From: Chloroflexia bacterium
GTDB taxonomy: Bacteria; Chloroflexota; Chloroflexia; DTKN01
DNA: 64,000 bases
Direction of reading: 5' to 3'
Assembly (NCBI GenBank): GCA_034433695.1
Contig: DAOUAK010000007.1
Coordinates: 498-64,497, forward strand
The translations under genes and the position numbers were made by a program. Under the pieces are notes generated by a model, which searched no databases, had not been told where the DNA came from, and saw nothing but the letters and a program-made list of their open reading frames with translations. Below, in pieces: positions 28,107 to 37,690 of the stretch; the stretch's first letter is position 1, and each line of letters opens with the position of its first letter.

Positions 28107-29422
28107 GGAGGGTTGCCTTGCGTATCGCCTACTTCAGCCCACTGCGGCCGGTGGCCTCCGGCATTTCGGACTATAGCGAAGACCTTCTCCCCTACCTGGC
28201 CCAAGAGGCGGACCTCTCCATCTTCGTGGATGGCTATGAGCCGTCCAATCTGCTGATTCGCCGGCAGTTCCCCGTTCTTGACTATCGAGAGTTCGCTTCC
28301 CTTCACTCCAGACATCCCTTTGACATCTGCCTCTACCACATGGGCAACCACATCTGCCACGCTTACATCTACGAGATGCTTCAGGAATACCCCGGTGTGG
28401 TCGTGCTCCACGACACCGTGTTGCACCACTTTCTCGGAGAATATCTGGAGAGGGGAGGGAGTGTGGATGCTTATCTGTCTGCCTTCCCGGAGGAGGAGGG
28501 GCTATCGCTCCTGCGTCGGCGCGGTTCCGGTTTGTGGAGCCACCTGGACCACTTTCTCTATCCGGGAATTCGGCAAGTGGTGGCCAGAAGCCGGGGAATC
28601 ATTGTGCACAGCGAGACGGCACGCCGGGCCGTCCTTCAAGTGGCCCCCCAGACCCGGGTGACGGTCATCCCCCACCTTGTAGGGCCGCAACGTTCTCCCT
28701 ATGCCCATCTGCCCCCGGCAGAGATCAAAGTCCGGCTGGGTTACCGCCCCGAAACTTTTCTCATCGTTTCCCCGGGCATCGCGACGCCCTCCCGACGGAT
28801 CGATGCCCTGCTGCGCCTCTTTGCCGTATTCAACCGGGAGTTTCCTCACAGCCGTTGTGTGATCGCCGGGCCGGACCATCCGGAGGTTCGCATCCGGGAG
28901 CAGGTCCATGCCCTTCGACTGGACGGCCTGGTGCGGGTAACCGGTTTTGTGGATGTTCCCACTTTTCAGACCTATATCCTGGCCGCCGATGTCCTGATCA
29001 ATTTGCGTTACCCTCTGGCCGGGGAAACTTCGGGGGGACTGGTTCGTGCCCTGGGGATGGGCAAACCGGTGCTGATTTCCAATGCCGGCCAGTACGCCGA
29101 ATTTCCCGACGATTGCTGTCTGAAGGTCGACCTGGGGGGGGCCGAGGAGGAAATGGTCCTGGCCTACCTGGATGCACTGGCGCGCGATCCGTCGCTTGGG
29201 CAATGTATCGGAGAACAAGCGCGTAAGTATATTCAGACCTACCACTCAGGCGAAAGGGTGGCCAGGGCCTACCTGGATTTCCTGCGCTCCGTTCTGGCCG
29301 AAACACCTCCGGAGCCGGTCGAACCCCCTCTGGGGGATGAAGGCGATGTGCCGGCCGTCATCGATCGCATCCGTCGGGAGGTGATCCGGAAGGGATGGGC
29401 CGGGCAAATCTCCGGGATCTAG
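28103..29422 (+). CDS. GT4 family glycosyltransferase (GT-B fold)
   Basis: RIAYFSPLRPVASGISDYS at the N-terminus; C-terminal GFVDV...GETSGGLVRALGMGKPVLIS EX7E-type region. GTG 28103 overlaps the upstream stop; alternative TTG 28118 is 7 nt after GGAGG. Confidence 0.85.
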   Translation: MRRVALRIAYFSPLRPVASGISDYSEDLLPYLAQEADLSIFVDGYEPSNLLIRRQFPVLDYREFASLHSRHPFDICLYHMGNHICHAYIYEMLQEYPGVVVLHDTVLHHFLGEYLERGGSVDAYLSAFPEEEGLSLLRRRGSGLWSHLDHFLYPGIRQVVARSRGIIVHSETARRAVLQVAPQTRVTVIPHLVGPQRSPYAHLPPAEIKVRLGYRPETFLIVSPGIATPSRRIDALLRLFAVFNREFPHSRCVIAGPDHPEVRIREQVHALRLDGLVRVTGFVDVPTFQTYILAADVLINLRYPLAGETSGGLVRALGMGKPVLISNAGQYAEFPDDCCLKVDLGGAEEEMVLAYLDALARDPSLGQCIGEQARKYIQTYHSGERVARAYLDFLRSVLAETPPEPVEPPLGDEGDVPAVIDRIRREVIRKGWAGQISGI

Positions 29423-29461
29423 GCCGGAGACCGGGCCGAGGATCTGACAGGTTCGGCGAAA

Positions 29462-30670
29462 ATGCGTCCGCTGGTCTTTGTTTCTACCTGGTACGGGCCG
29501 GAAACTGTAGGTGGGGCAGAAAACCTCTGCCGGCGGCTGGCAGAAGAATGTTGCCGGGCCGGCCAGCAGGTCACCGTCTACACGACCACTTCGCGGGGCT
29601 ATACGTTCCCCTGGTTCGACCCCTATTACCCCGAAGGCGTCCAGGAGTGGAACGGCGTGCCGGTCCACCGTTTCCCCATCTGTCGGTGGCAGGAAGCCTC
29701 CTTCTGGGGAGAGCGGCTTGACCTCCTGAGAAAACTACCGGTCTTTGCCCCGGAAGAGGTGGCCCACCTTCTGGAAATGCCCCAAAGCGATGAACTGTAC
29801 CGGGCCATCGCCCGGAATCAGGAAGCCTTTTTTGTCTTCTTCATCTATTCCCACAATCTGACATTTTGGGGAAGCCAGATTGCCCCGGAGCGTTCGTTTC
29901 TCCTGCCCTGCCTGCACGACGAGCCGTATGCCTACCATTTCGCCACGGCCTGGCTGATGGAATGGGTTCCCTGGCTTCTCTGTCTTTCAGAACCGGAACG
30001 CGAACTGGCCCTCCGGCTGTACCGGGTTCCGCCGGAGCAGGCCTTTCTCGTCGGGATGGGGGTGGATACCCACTGGCGGGGGGATGCAGAACGCTTCCGC
30101 TCCCGACATGGCATCGGCGAGCCGTTTCTGCTCTATGTCGGCCGGCGCGATAGTTCCAAAAACGTTCCCCAGTTGCTGGAATATTTTTGCGCCTATAAGA
30201 GGCGGCATCCGGGCCATCTCCGCTTGCTCCTCGTCGGGCCGGGGGAGATCGCGATTCCCCCTGAGGGGGCCGGCCAAATCCTGGACCTGGGGGTCCTGGA
30301 CGAGCAGGACAAGCAAGATGCTTACGCTGCTGCAACTCTGCTGGTCCAACCCTCACCCCTGGAGAGTTTCTCCATCGTCTTGATGGAGGCCTGGCTTCAG
30401 GGCACGCCGGCGCTGGTCAATGCCCGCTGTGCGGTAACAACTTTTCACTGCCGGCGCAGCCATGGAGGATTATACTACCGGGGCTACGGGGAATTCGAGG
30501 CCTGTCTGGACTATATTCTGGCGCGACCGGCCCTACGAGAACGGATGGGGGCGGCTGGCCGGACCTATGTCCTCCACCATCACACCTGGCCGGCGGTGGT
30601 CGAGCGCCTTCTCCGGGCCGTGGAGGAAAAGGAACGAGCCTTGTCGTCCGGATACGTTTCCCACAGGTAA
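29462..30670 (+). CDS. GT4 family glycosyltransferase
   Basis: VFVSTWYGPETVGGAENLCRRLAEE at the N-terminus; C-terminal LVQPSPLESFSIVLMEAWLQGTPALV sugar-donor binding region. Confidence 0.85.
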   Translation: MRPLVFVSTWYGPETVGGAENLCRRLAEECCRAGQQVTVYTTTSRGYTFPWFDPYYPEGVQEWNGVPVHRFPICRWQEASFWGERLDLLRKLPVFAPEEVAHLLEMPQSDELYRAIARNQEAFFVFFIYSHNLTFWGSQIAPERSFLLPCLHDEPYAYHFATAWLMEWVPWLLCLSEPERELALRLYRVPPEQAFLVGMGVDTHWRGDAERFRSRHGIGEPFLLYVGRRDSSKNVPQLLEYFCAYKRRHPGHLRLLLVGPGEIAIPPEGAGQILDLGVLDEQDKQDAYAAATLLVQPSPLESFSIVLMEAWLQGTPALVNARCAVTTFHCRRSHGGLYYRGYGEFEACLDYILARPALRERMGAAGRTYVLHHHTWPAVVERLLRAVEEKERALSSGYVSHR

Positions 30671-30674
30671 TCCG

Positions 30675-33155
30675 ATGGTTGCCCTGGGAACGATAGGTCT
30701 TTGCCTCCTTATAGCCCTGATCGGCCATCTTCTTTATCGGGCCCTTTTCCCCCAGACCTATGAAGCCTGGGAAGAGTCTCTCTTCCTCCGCTTCTTTGCC
30801 GGCTTCCTCCTCTGTGGCTGGATGGCACTTTTGCTGGCCGAACTCGGCCTGTTTTCCCCGATCTTGGTGGTCCTGCTCCTTGCAATGGGAAGCGGCATCG
30901 TATGGCTCGCCCGCCGGCGACACCTCCGCAGGCAACTCCGTCCCCGGCTACGCCTCGGAAAGAAATCCGCCCTCATCGCCGTCCTTTTCCTGGGCCTGGG
31001 CACCATCCTTGTTTTCCCCGGGGAGTGGGTGCTGGGTGGGCAGGACCCGGGGGCCTATATCGTCACCGGTGTTTCCATCGCCCGGACCGGCGGAATCCTC
31101 GTCCGGGACCCACAGGTTGCCTCCATACCCGAACAGGGGAACTTTTTGTTTTCCTCTTACATCGGCCAACAGTGGCTGCTCCCCGGCTTCTACCTGACCG
31201 ATCGGGAAAGCGGTGAGATTACCCCCCAGTTCCTGCACCTGTACCCGTCCTGGTTGGCCCTCTTTTATTCCATAGGTGGACTGACTTCGGCCCTGCTGGC
31301 TACGCCGCTTTTTACCCTGCTGGGTCTGCTGGCTTTCTACTTCCTGGTCCGGAATCTTGTCGGCCGATGGGCCGCTCCGGTAGCCCTGGTGTTTCTGGCC
31401 CTGAACCCGGCCCAGATCTGGTTTGCCCGGGAACCGGGAGCCGAAAGCCTGACCCTTCCGCTTCTTCTGGGGGGCTGGTACCTCTTCGATCGCGCCCTGC
31501 ACGAACCGGACCGCCGCGACCTGGCCGTGCTGGCCGGACTGTCTCTGGGCCAGGTGGCCCTGGCCAAGATCGAGTTTCTTTCCCTACCGGTATTGATCTA
31601 TGGCTATCTTCTGCTGCGAAGAAGTCTGGCCCGGTTCGAGGCGAATGAACGGGTCTTTCTTTGTATGTATACCCTCGTCCTTGTCCATGCCGCACTCCAT
31701 ATAGCGTTGATTTCCCGACCCTACGTACTGACCTTCTCTACCTCCCTGGGGTACAGCCGTTTCCTCCCGGCCTGGGCCTGGTTTCTCCTGCTGGGACTGG
31801 GGTTCGCAGGGGTGGTGCTTCTCCTGATCTTCCGGCGATCGGTGGGACGTCTGATGCGCCATCTGTGGACCCACGAGGACCGGATACGCCGGGGGCTGGT
31901 GCTTCTGGGGCTGATCGCAGTGCTCTATGGAGCGGTCGTCTGGCCGCTCCTCGCCCCGGCACGGCTCTATGTGGAAGGAGAATGGCGGACGAATTACCAC
32001 CGTCTGTTCTTCCTCCGCCTGCTGTGGTACCTTTCCCCCCTGGGCCTCGCCCTGAGCGTTGCCGGGCTGCTCTGGTGGATACGCCGACGGCTGGACGGCC
32101 CCTCTCTCCCCTTTTTCGCCGCCTTTGCCCTGGAAGGGGCCATCTTTGTGCATAGCACGATGGACTATCCTTCCCATTTCTGGATGATGCGACGCTACAT
32201 CCCTCTGGTCTTTCCCTGCCTGGCCATCGGGATGGCGGCAGCGCTACAGGCGATACGCCGGGTTTCCCTCTGGAAGACGGTGCGATACGGCACGGCCTGG
32301 CTTCTTGTGGGGCTACAGGTCCTATTCCTGGTGCAGGCCGGTTTTCCCATCGCCTCGCGGCGTGAATTGGCCGGGACGATCCACCGCCTGGAAGTGCTGG
32401 CCGAGGGCCTGCCCCAATCGTCTCCTGTCTTCGTGGAGCAATTTGGGGTCGCCCTGGCAACTCCTTTGCGCTTTCTTTACGGCAAAGAAGCCTTTGCCCT
32501 GCCCCAGCCGGTACCCTGGAGGGATCTATGGCTGCTCCTTCAGCAATGGCCGGCCGATGGCGATGCTTATCTGTTGCTGGAAAATCCCCCTTCGGTTTTC
32601 TACGGGGGAGTCCGACTCTCTCGGATCGCCACCTTTGTCCTGGAGACCTGGGGTACCGAGACGACCCTGGATCACTTACCCCGAGAGGCGGTGCTGGTGC
32701 GCTCGGTGCAGGGCATCTACCGGGTAGAACGACAGAGGGCCGGACCGGTTTTGCTGGAGTTCTCATCCCCGGAGCCCCAGTGGAGCGGGGATCAGATCAC
32801 CGTGATTTTCCCGGAGGTGTCTTCTCCGCTCGACCTGCGCCTGGAGGTGGCCGGCTTCCGGCCGGAGACGGTTCCGCCGGCCCGGGTACAGTTTTTCTGG
32901 AACGGACGAAGCATCGCCGATTTTCCCCTGCCCCGTACACCCGAACCCCAGGAAATCGTCCTGACTTTGCCTCCGGAGGAAGGCGAAGCCTATCTGGAGA
33001 TTCGCTTCACGACCTGGAATCCCCGTGCTGCCGGCTTCGGGGACGACCCCCGTGACCTGGGGGTTCTTCTCAAGTCCCTGGTTGTGAAAGAAAGCGATCG
33101 GCCTGAAAACCGGCAGACGTTGCGCCGGCTCATCGCTCGTGATATCATCGAGTGA
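30675..33155 (+). CDS. large polytopic membrane protein with C-terminal soluble domain; putative GT-C-fold glycosyltransferase or polymer-handling protein
   Basis: About 826 aa from ATG 30675, 4 nt after the GT4 stop. At least 12 hydrophobic helices, then a ~230-aa hydrophilic C-terminal domain. No family motif that I can name confidently. Confidence 0.5.
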   Translation: MVALGTIGLCLLIALIGHLLYRALFPQTYEAWEESLFLRFFAGFLLCGWMALLLAELGLFSPILVVLLLAMGSGIVWLARRRHLRRQLRPRLRLGKKSALIAVLFLGLGTILVFPGEWVLGGQDPGAYIVTGVSIARTGGILVRDPQVASIPEQGNFLFSSYIGQQWLLPGFYLTDRESGEITPQFLHLYPSWLALFYSIGGLTSALLATPLFTLLGLLAFYFLVRNLVGRWAAPVALVFLALNPAQIWFAREPGAESLTLPLLLGGWYLFDRALHEPDRRDLAVLAGLSLGQVALAKIEFLSLPVLIYGYLLLRRSLARFEANERVFLCMYTLVLVHAALHIALISRPYVLTFSTSLGYSRFLPAWAWFLLLGLGFAGVVLLLIFRRSVGRLMRHLWTHEDRIRRGLVLLGLIAVLYGAVVWPLLAPARLYVEGEWRTNYHRLFFLRLLWYLSPLGLALSVAGLLWWIRRRLDGPSLPFFAAFALEGAIFVHSTMDYPSHFWMMRRYIPLVFPCLAIGMAAALQAIRRVSLWKTVRYGTAWLLVGLQVLFLVQAGFPIASRRELAGTIHRLEVLAEGLPQSSPVFVEQFGVALATPLRFLYGKEAFALPQPVPWRDLWLLLQQWPADGDAYLLLENPPSVFYGGVRLSRIATFVLETWGTETTLDHLPREAVLVRSVQGIYRVERQRAGPVLLEFSSPEPQWSGDQITVIFPEVSSPLDLRLEVAGFRPETVPPARVQFFWNGRSIADFPLPRTPEPQEIVLTLPPEEGEAYLEIRFTTWNPRAAGFGDDPRDLGVLLKSLVVKESDRPENRQTLRRLIARDIIE

Positions 33156-33173
33156 GCGGCGAGGAGGAGCACA

Positions 33174-34790
33174 ATGACAGAAGATCAATCGGTTGAACGC
33201 CTGGCAGCGCAGTTACAGGAGATATCCAAACGCCTCAACGCTTCTCGAGTTCTTACAGAGCCGCGACCCTCCTCTCGTATACCTCTCCTGTGGCCGCTAA
33301 TCAACCTGGTGCGCCGATGGCTCAACACCCTGGCCACACGCTGGTACGTGGCCCCCCAGATGGAACAGCAGGCCCGATTTGCCCAGGAAATGACGGCCGC
33401 CTACGACTACCTGGCAGCAACACTCGTGTTCCTGGCCCAGAGACTGGACGAACATGCCTGCAGGCTGGACGAACTGGAGGAAAAACTCGATGAATTGAAG
33501 CGAAACCTCCTCGCCTTGCGATCCTCGTCGGCCGTCCCACCGCCTGACTTTGCCGATCTGCTTTCCCTCCCCCCCGAAGCCCTGCTGGCCTGGGAAAATG
33601 CCGATTTGCCACCCCCACGGACTGAAAGTGCCCCGGGGATGGAATGGGCCAAATGGTATGACCGGGAGAACGCTCTGACCTTTCCGCTGCTTCGATCTGA
33701 CCAAGTAACCGCCTGGCATTATCTATTCAGCCTGGCCGTGTGTGGTGTGGCCCTGAACTGCCGGCCTGGTGACCTCGTGCTCGATCTGGCCGGAGGTCCG
33801 GGGTGGGTCTCCGAGCATCTGAACCGATTAGGCATACGGACGGTCTTACTGGACATCGTCGAGGACCTGCTCCACACCTCTCGTCTCCGTTTCTCCCTCG
33901 ACCGACGGTTGCAAAAGGGCGCCGTCCATCACTCCGTCGTCGGCGATGCCCTACGGCTCCCTTTCGCCGAGGCTACCTTTGATGGAATAATCTGCATGAA
34001 TGCCCTGCACCACATGCCCTCTTACGAGGTCGTTCTGCGCGAGATCTTTCGCGTGCTGAAACCGGGTGGGCGGGCCGTCTTTGGGGAACCAGGAGAAGGA
34101 CACGCTCGCGCTCCTGCCTCGCAGTCTGCTATGCGCGAGTACGGTGTTATAGAAAAAAACGTCCCCCTGCCCTTGCTTTACGTCTACGCCAAGAGGGTGG
34201 GGTTCGTGCGCATGTGGCGGTATCCATTTGCATACCCCGAAGCCCTGGAACTATCGTATCCTGAAGAGGCCGGTTCAGATGCCGGCGTTCTGCAGAGAAT
34301 GGCCCTGGTTCTGCCCGACTGGTTACGTACCCTTTCCTTCTTTGCTTTGGAAAAAGAGGGACGGGAATTGCCTACAAGCGACCTCCGTCCCCTGGAACAA
34401 GTGCGACACCGGCTACAGGCGGAAATCGTGTTGCTACGCTCCTTCCCTCAAGTCCCAGCCGGCAGCCGGTTTGTGCAACGGGTACGGGTGCGCAACGTAG
34501 GCGATGTGGTCTGGCTGGCCGGGGAGCGGCCCTACGGAGGTTATGTGCGCCTGGGAATCAAACTGGGCGATGGGGCCGGCCGGCTGATTCGGGATGACTG
34601 GCTGCGGGTGACTCTGCCACACGACGTGGCTCCGGAAGAGGAGGTCGAGTTTGACATATCCGTTCAGACGCCCACGATACCGGGCACCTACACACTGATC
34701 TACGACCTGGTGAACGAAGGCCGGGCCTGGTTCCAGACCTATGGATCCAGGGCAGTAGAGCAACCCCTGCAGGTGGTCGATGCCGGTTGA
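33174..34790 (+). CDS. coiled-coil + class I SAM methyltransferase + C-terminal beta-rich domain protein (paralog of 26688 gene)
   Basis: N-terminal TRWYVAPQMEQQARF resembles TKWYVLPILQQQVHF in the paralog. Methyltransferase motifs VLDLAGGPGW, ICMNALHHMP, VLKPGGRAVF. RBS GAGGAGG precedes the start. Confidence 0.7.
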   Translation: MTEDQSVERLAAQLQEISKRLNASRVLTEPRPSSRIPLLWPLINLVRRWLNTLATRWYVAPQMEQQARFAQEMTAAYDYLAATLVFLAQRLDEHACRLDELEEKLDELKRNLLALRSSSAVPPPDFADLLSLPPEALLAWENADLPPPRTESAPGMEWAKWYDRENALTFPLLRSDQVTAWHYLFSLAVCGVALNCRPGDLVLDLAGGPGWVSEHLNRLGIRTVLLDIVEDLLHTSRLRFSLDRRLQKGAVHHSVVGDALRLPFAEATFDGIICMNALHHMPSYEVVLREIFRVLKPGGRAVFGEPGEGHARAPASQSAMREYGVIEKNVPLPLLYVYAKRVGFVRMWRYPFAYPEALELSYPEEAGSDAGVLQRMALVLPDWLRTLSFFALEKEGRELPTSDLRPLEQVRHRLQAEIVLLRSFPQVPAGSRFVQRVRVRNVGDVVWLAGERPYGGYVRLGIKLGDGAGRLIRDDWLRVTLPHDVAPEEEVEFDISVQTPTIPGTYTLIYDLVNEGRAWFQTYGSRAVEQPLQVVDAG

Positions 34791-34973
34791 GCAGAGGCGC
34801 GCTGGGGGATGCCCCTGCTCGTCTACCGGAGACCGGCGGCCCGGCCTGACCGTCCGGAGGACGGGAGACTCTGATGACCCATTAACGTTTCTCCAACGAC
34901 CCTCTAAGACCGGTTCTCTACTTTTCCCATGAAATCATCTCAGGATGAATACGGATAAGGTGTGAGGTGACGT

Positions 34974-37571
34974 ATGACGCTGGACCTGAACCGTTTTACC
35001 GAAAAGGCCGCCGAAGCGGTCCTGGCCGCCCAGAGGGAAGCCCAGGAACGCCACCATAGCCAGATCGAGCCGCTCCACCTGCTCGCCGCCCTCCTGGGGC
35101 AGAGCGATGGGGTGGTGCCGCAGGTCGTCCAGAAGGTCGGGGCCAGCCCGGCCCAGGTGCTGGCCGTGGCGCAAGAGGAACTGGCCCGGCTGCCCCAGGC
35201 CTACGGGGCCACCCAGGTCTACCTTTCGCCCGCGCTTTCCCAGGTGGCCCAGATCGCCGAGGAGGAGGCCCGCCGCCTGCGCGACGAGTATATCTCTACC
35301 GAGCACCTCCTCCTGGGCCTGGCCGACGAGCGCGTGCGCGGGCCGGCCGCCGACATCCTGCGCCGCTTCGGCCTTCAACGCGACGCTATCCTCCGCGCCC
35401 TCACCGGCATCCGCGGCAGCCAGCGCGTCACCAGCCCAACCCCGGAGACGACCTACCAGGCCCTGGAACGCTACGGCCGCGACATCACCCGCCTGGCCCG
35501 GGAAAATAAACTCGACCCGGTCATCGGACGCGACGACGAAATCCGACGCGTCATCCAGGTCCTCTCCCGGCGCACCAAGAATAACCCCGTCCTCATCGGC
35601 GAGCCGGGCGTGGGCAAGACGGCCATCGTCGAGGGGCTGGCCCAGCGCATCGTCCGAGGGGACGTTCCGGAGGGCCTGAAGAACAAGCGCCTGGTGCAAC
35701 TGGACCTGGGGGCGCTCATCGCCGGCACCAAGTATCGGGGCGAGTTCGAGGAGCGCCTGAAGGCCGTGCTCAAGGAAATCTCCCAGAGCGAAGGGCAAAT
35801 CATCCTCTTTATTGACGAACTCCATACCGTCGTGGGGGCCGGCGCGGCCGAGGGGGCGATGGATGCCTCCAACATGCTCAAACCGATGCTCGCCCGCGGC
35901 GAACTGCACTGCATCGGGGCAACCACCCTGGACGAGTACCGCAAGCATATCGAGAAGGACGCCGCCCTGGAGCGACGCTTCCAGCCCATCTATGTGGGCG
36001 AGCCGACGGTGGAGGACACCATCTCCATCCTCCGCGGCCTGAAGGAGCGGTATGAAGTGCACCACGGCGTGCGCATCAAGGATAGTGCCCTGGTGGCCGC
36101 CGCCATGCTGGCCCACCGCTACATCTCCGATCGCTTCCTTCCGGACAAGGCCATTGACCTCGTGGACGAGGCCGCCTCGCGCCTGCGCATCGAGATCGAC
36201 TCGATGCCGGCCGAACTCGACGAGATCGAACGTCGCATCATGCAACTGGAGATCGAACGCACCGCCCTCAAGAAGGAACGCGACCCCGCCTCCCGGGAGC
36301 GCCTGGAACGGATCGAGCGTGAACTGGCCGATCTGGGCGAAAAGCGCCAGGCCCTGCGCGCCCGCTGGGAACAGGAGAAGCAGGCCATCCAGGCCATCCG
36401 TCAGACCAAGGCCCGGATAGACGAGGTGCGCGGGGAGATCGAGCGCGCCCAACGCGCCCTGGACTATAACCGGGCCGCCCAACTCCAGTACGGCACGCTG
36501 GTCGAACTGGAGAAGGAACTGCGTGAGCAGGAGGCCCGGCTGGCCGAACTTCAGAAGGACGGCGCACTCCTCAAGGAGGAAGTGGGAGAGGAAGATGTGG
36601 CCGAGGTGGTGGCCAAATGGACCGGTATCCCGGTGAGCCGTCTCCTGGAGGGAGAGATTCAGAAACTCGTGCATATGGAGGAGCGGCTTCGCAGCCGGGT
36701 GGTCGGCCAGGACGAGGCCATCGCCGCCGTCTCCAACGCCATCCGGAGGGCGCGGGCCGGCCTGCAGGACCCCAACCGGCCGTTGGGCTCCTTCCTCTTC
36801 CTGGGGCCCACGGGTGTGGGCAAGACCGAGCTGGCCCGGGCCCTGGCCGAATTCCTCTTCGATAACGAGGACGCCATGGTGCGCATCGACATGAGCGAGT
36901 ACCAGGAGCGTCACACCGTCTCCCGTCTCATCGGCGCCCCGCCCGGCTATGTGGGCTACGAGGAAGGGGGACAACTCACCGAGGCCGTGCGCCGCCGGCC
37001 CTATAGCGTCGTCCTCTTCGACGAGACGGAAAAGGCCCACCCGGAGGTCTTTAACGTGCTCCTGCAGGTGCTGGACGACGGCCGACTCACCGACGGACAG
37101 GGCCGCACGGTGGACTTTAAAAACACCGTGGTCATCATGACCTCGAATGTGGGAAGCCCCTACCTTCAGGACCTGCGCAAGGGACAGGAAGAGGAGGTGC
37201 GCCGGCGCGTCCTGGAGGCGCTGCGGGCCCAGTTCCGGCCCGAATTCCTGAACCGCATTGACGAGATCCTCATCTTCAACCCGCTGGGACCGGAAGAGAT
37301 CCGTCAGATCGTGGAAATCCAGATGCGCCGGGTGCAGGAGCGGCTGCGGGAGCGCAAGTTGGAACTCCGGTGGACGGAGGAGGCCCGCCGCCATCTGGCC
37401 GAAGTCGGTTTCGATCCGGCCTACGGCGCCCGACCGCTCAAGCGGGCCATCCAGCGGGAGGTATTGGACCCGCTGGCCCTGAAGGTGCTGGAAGGCGAAT
37501 TCCGCGAGGGAGATACGGTGGTGGTGGATGCGGAGGCCGGTCGCATCGTCTTCCGGAAAAACCCCTCGTAA
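34974..37571 (+). CDS. clpB: ATP-dependent chaperone ClpB
   Basis: 865 aa. Two AAA+ modules ([15 protein letters not shown] and [15 protein letters not shown]), a middle coiled-coil domain and an N-terminal Clp_N repeat. Confidence 0.95.
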   Translation: MTLDLNRFTEKAAEAVLAAQREAQERHHSQIEPLHLLAALLGQSDGVVPQVVQKVGASPAQVLAVAQEELARLPQAYGATQVYLSPALSQVAQIAEEEARRLRDEYISTEHLLLGLADERVRGPAADILRRFGLQRDAILRALTGIRGSQRVTSPTPETTYQALERYGRDITRLARENKLDPVIGRDDEIRRVIQVLSRRTKNNPVLIGEPGVGKTAIVEGLAQRIVRGDVPEGLKNKRLVQLDLGALIAGTKYRGEFEERLKAVLKEISQSEGQIILFIDELHTVVGAGAAEGAMDASNMLKPMLARGELHCIGATTLDEYRKHIEKDAALERRFQPIYVGEPTVEDTISILRGLKERYEVHHGVRIKDSALVAAAMLAHRYISDRFLPDKAIDLVDEAASRLRIEIDSMPAELDEIERRIMQLEIERTALKKERDPASRERLERIERELADLGEKRQALRARWEQEKQAIQAIRQTKARIDEVRGEIERAQRALDYNRAAQLQYGTLVELEKELREQEARLAELQKDGALLKEEVGEEDVAEVVAKWTGIPVSRLLEGEIQKLVHMEERLRSRVVGQDEAIAAVSNAIRRARAGLQDPNRPLGSFLFLGPTGVGKTELARALAEFLFDNEDAMVRIDMSEYQERHTVSRLIGAPPGYVGYEEGGQLTEAVRRRPYSVVLFDETEKAHPEVFNVLLQVLDDGRLTDGQGRTVDFKNTVVIMTSNVGSPYLQDLRKGQEEEVRRRVLEALRAQFRPEFLNRIDEILIFNPLGPEEIRQIVEIQMRRVQERLRERKLELRWTEEARRHLAEVGFDPAYGARPLKRAIQREVLDPLALKVLEGEFREGDTVVVDAEAGRIVFRKNPS

Positions 37572-37598
37572 CATCTTGACCATGAGAAAATGGGGCGT

Positions 37599-37627
37599 TT
37601 GCGCGATAGCCCGGCAGCGGTTATAAT
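37599..37627 (+). promoter_or_regulatory. promoter TTGCGC-17-TATAAT upstream of the P-type ATPase
   Basis: TTGCGC at 37599-37604 and TATAAT at 37622-37627. Confidence 0.5.
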
Positions 37628-37690
37628 AGGTCAACGTTCAAACCGGGTCGCCCTGGAGCGCCCTGAATCCGGCAAGAGGAAGACCGTCCG

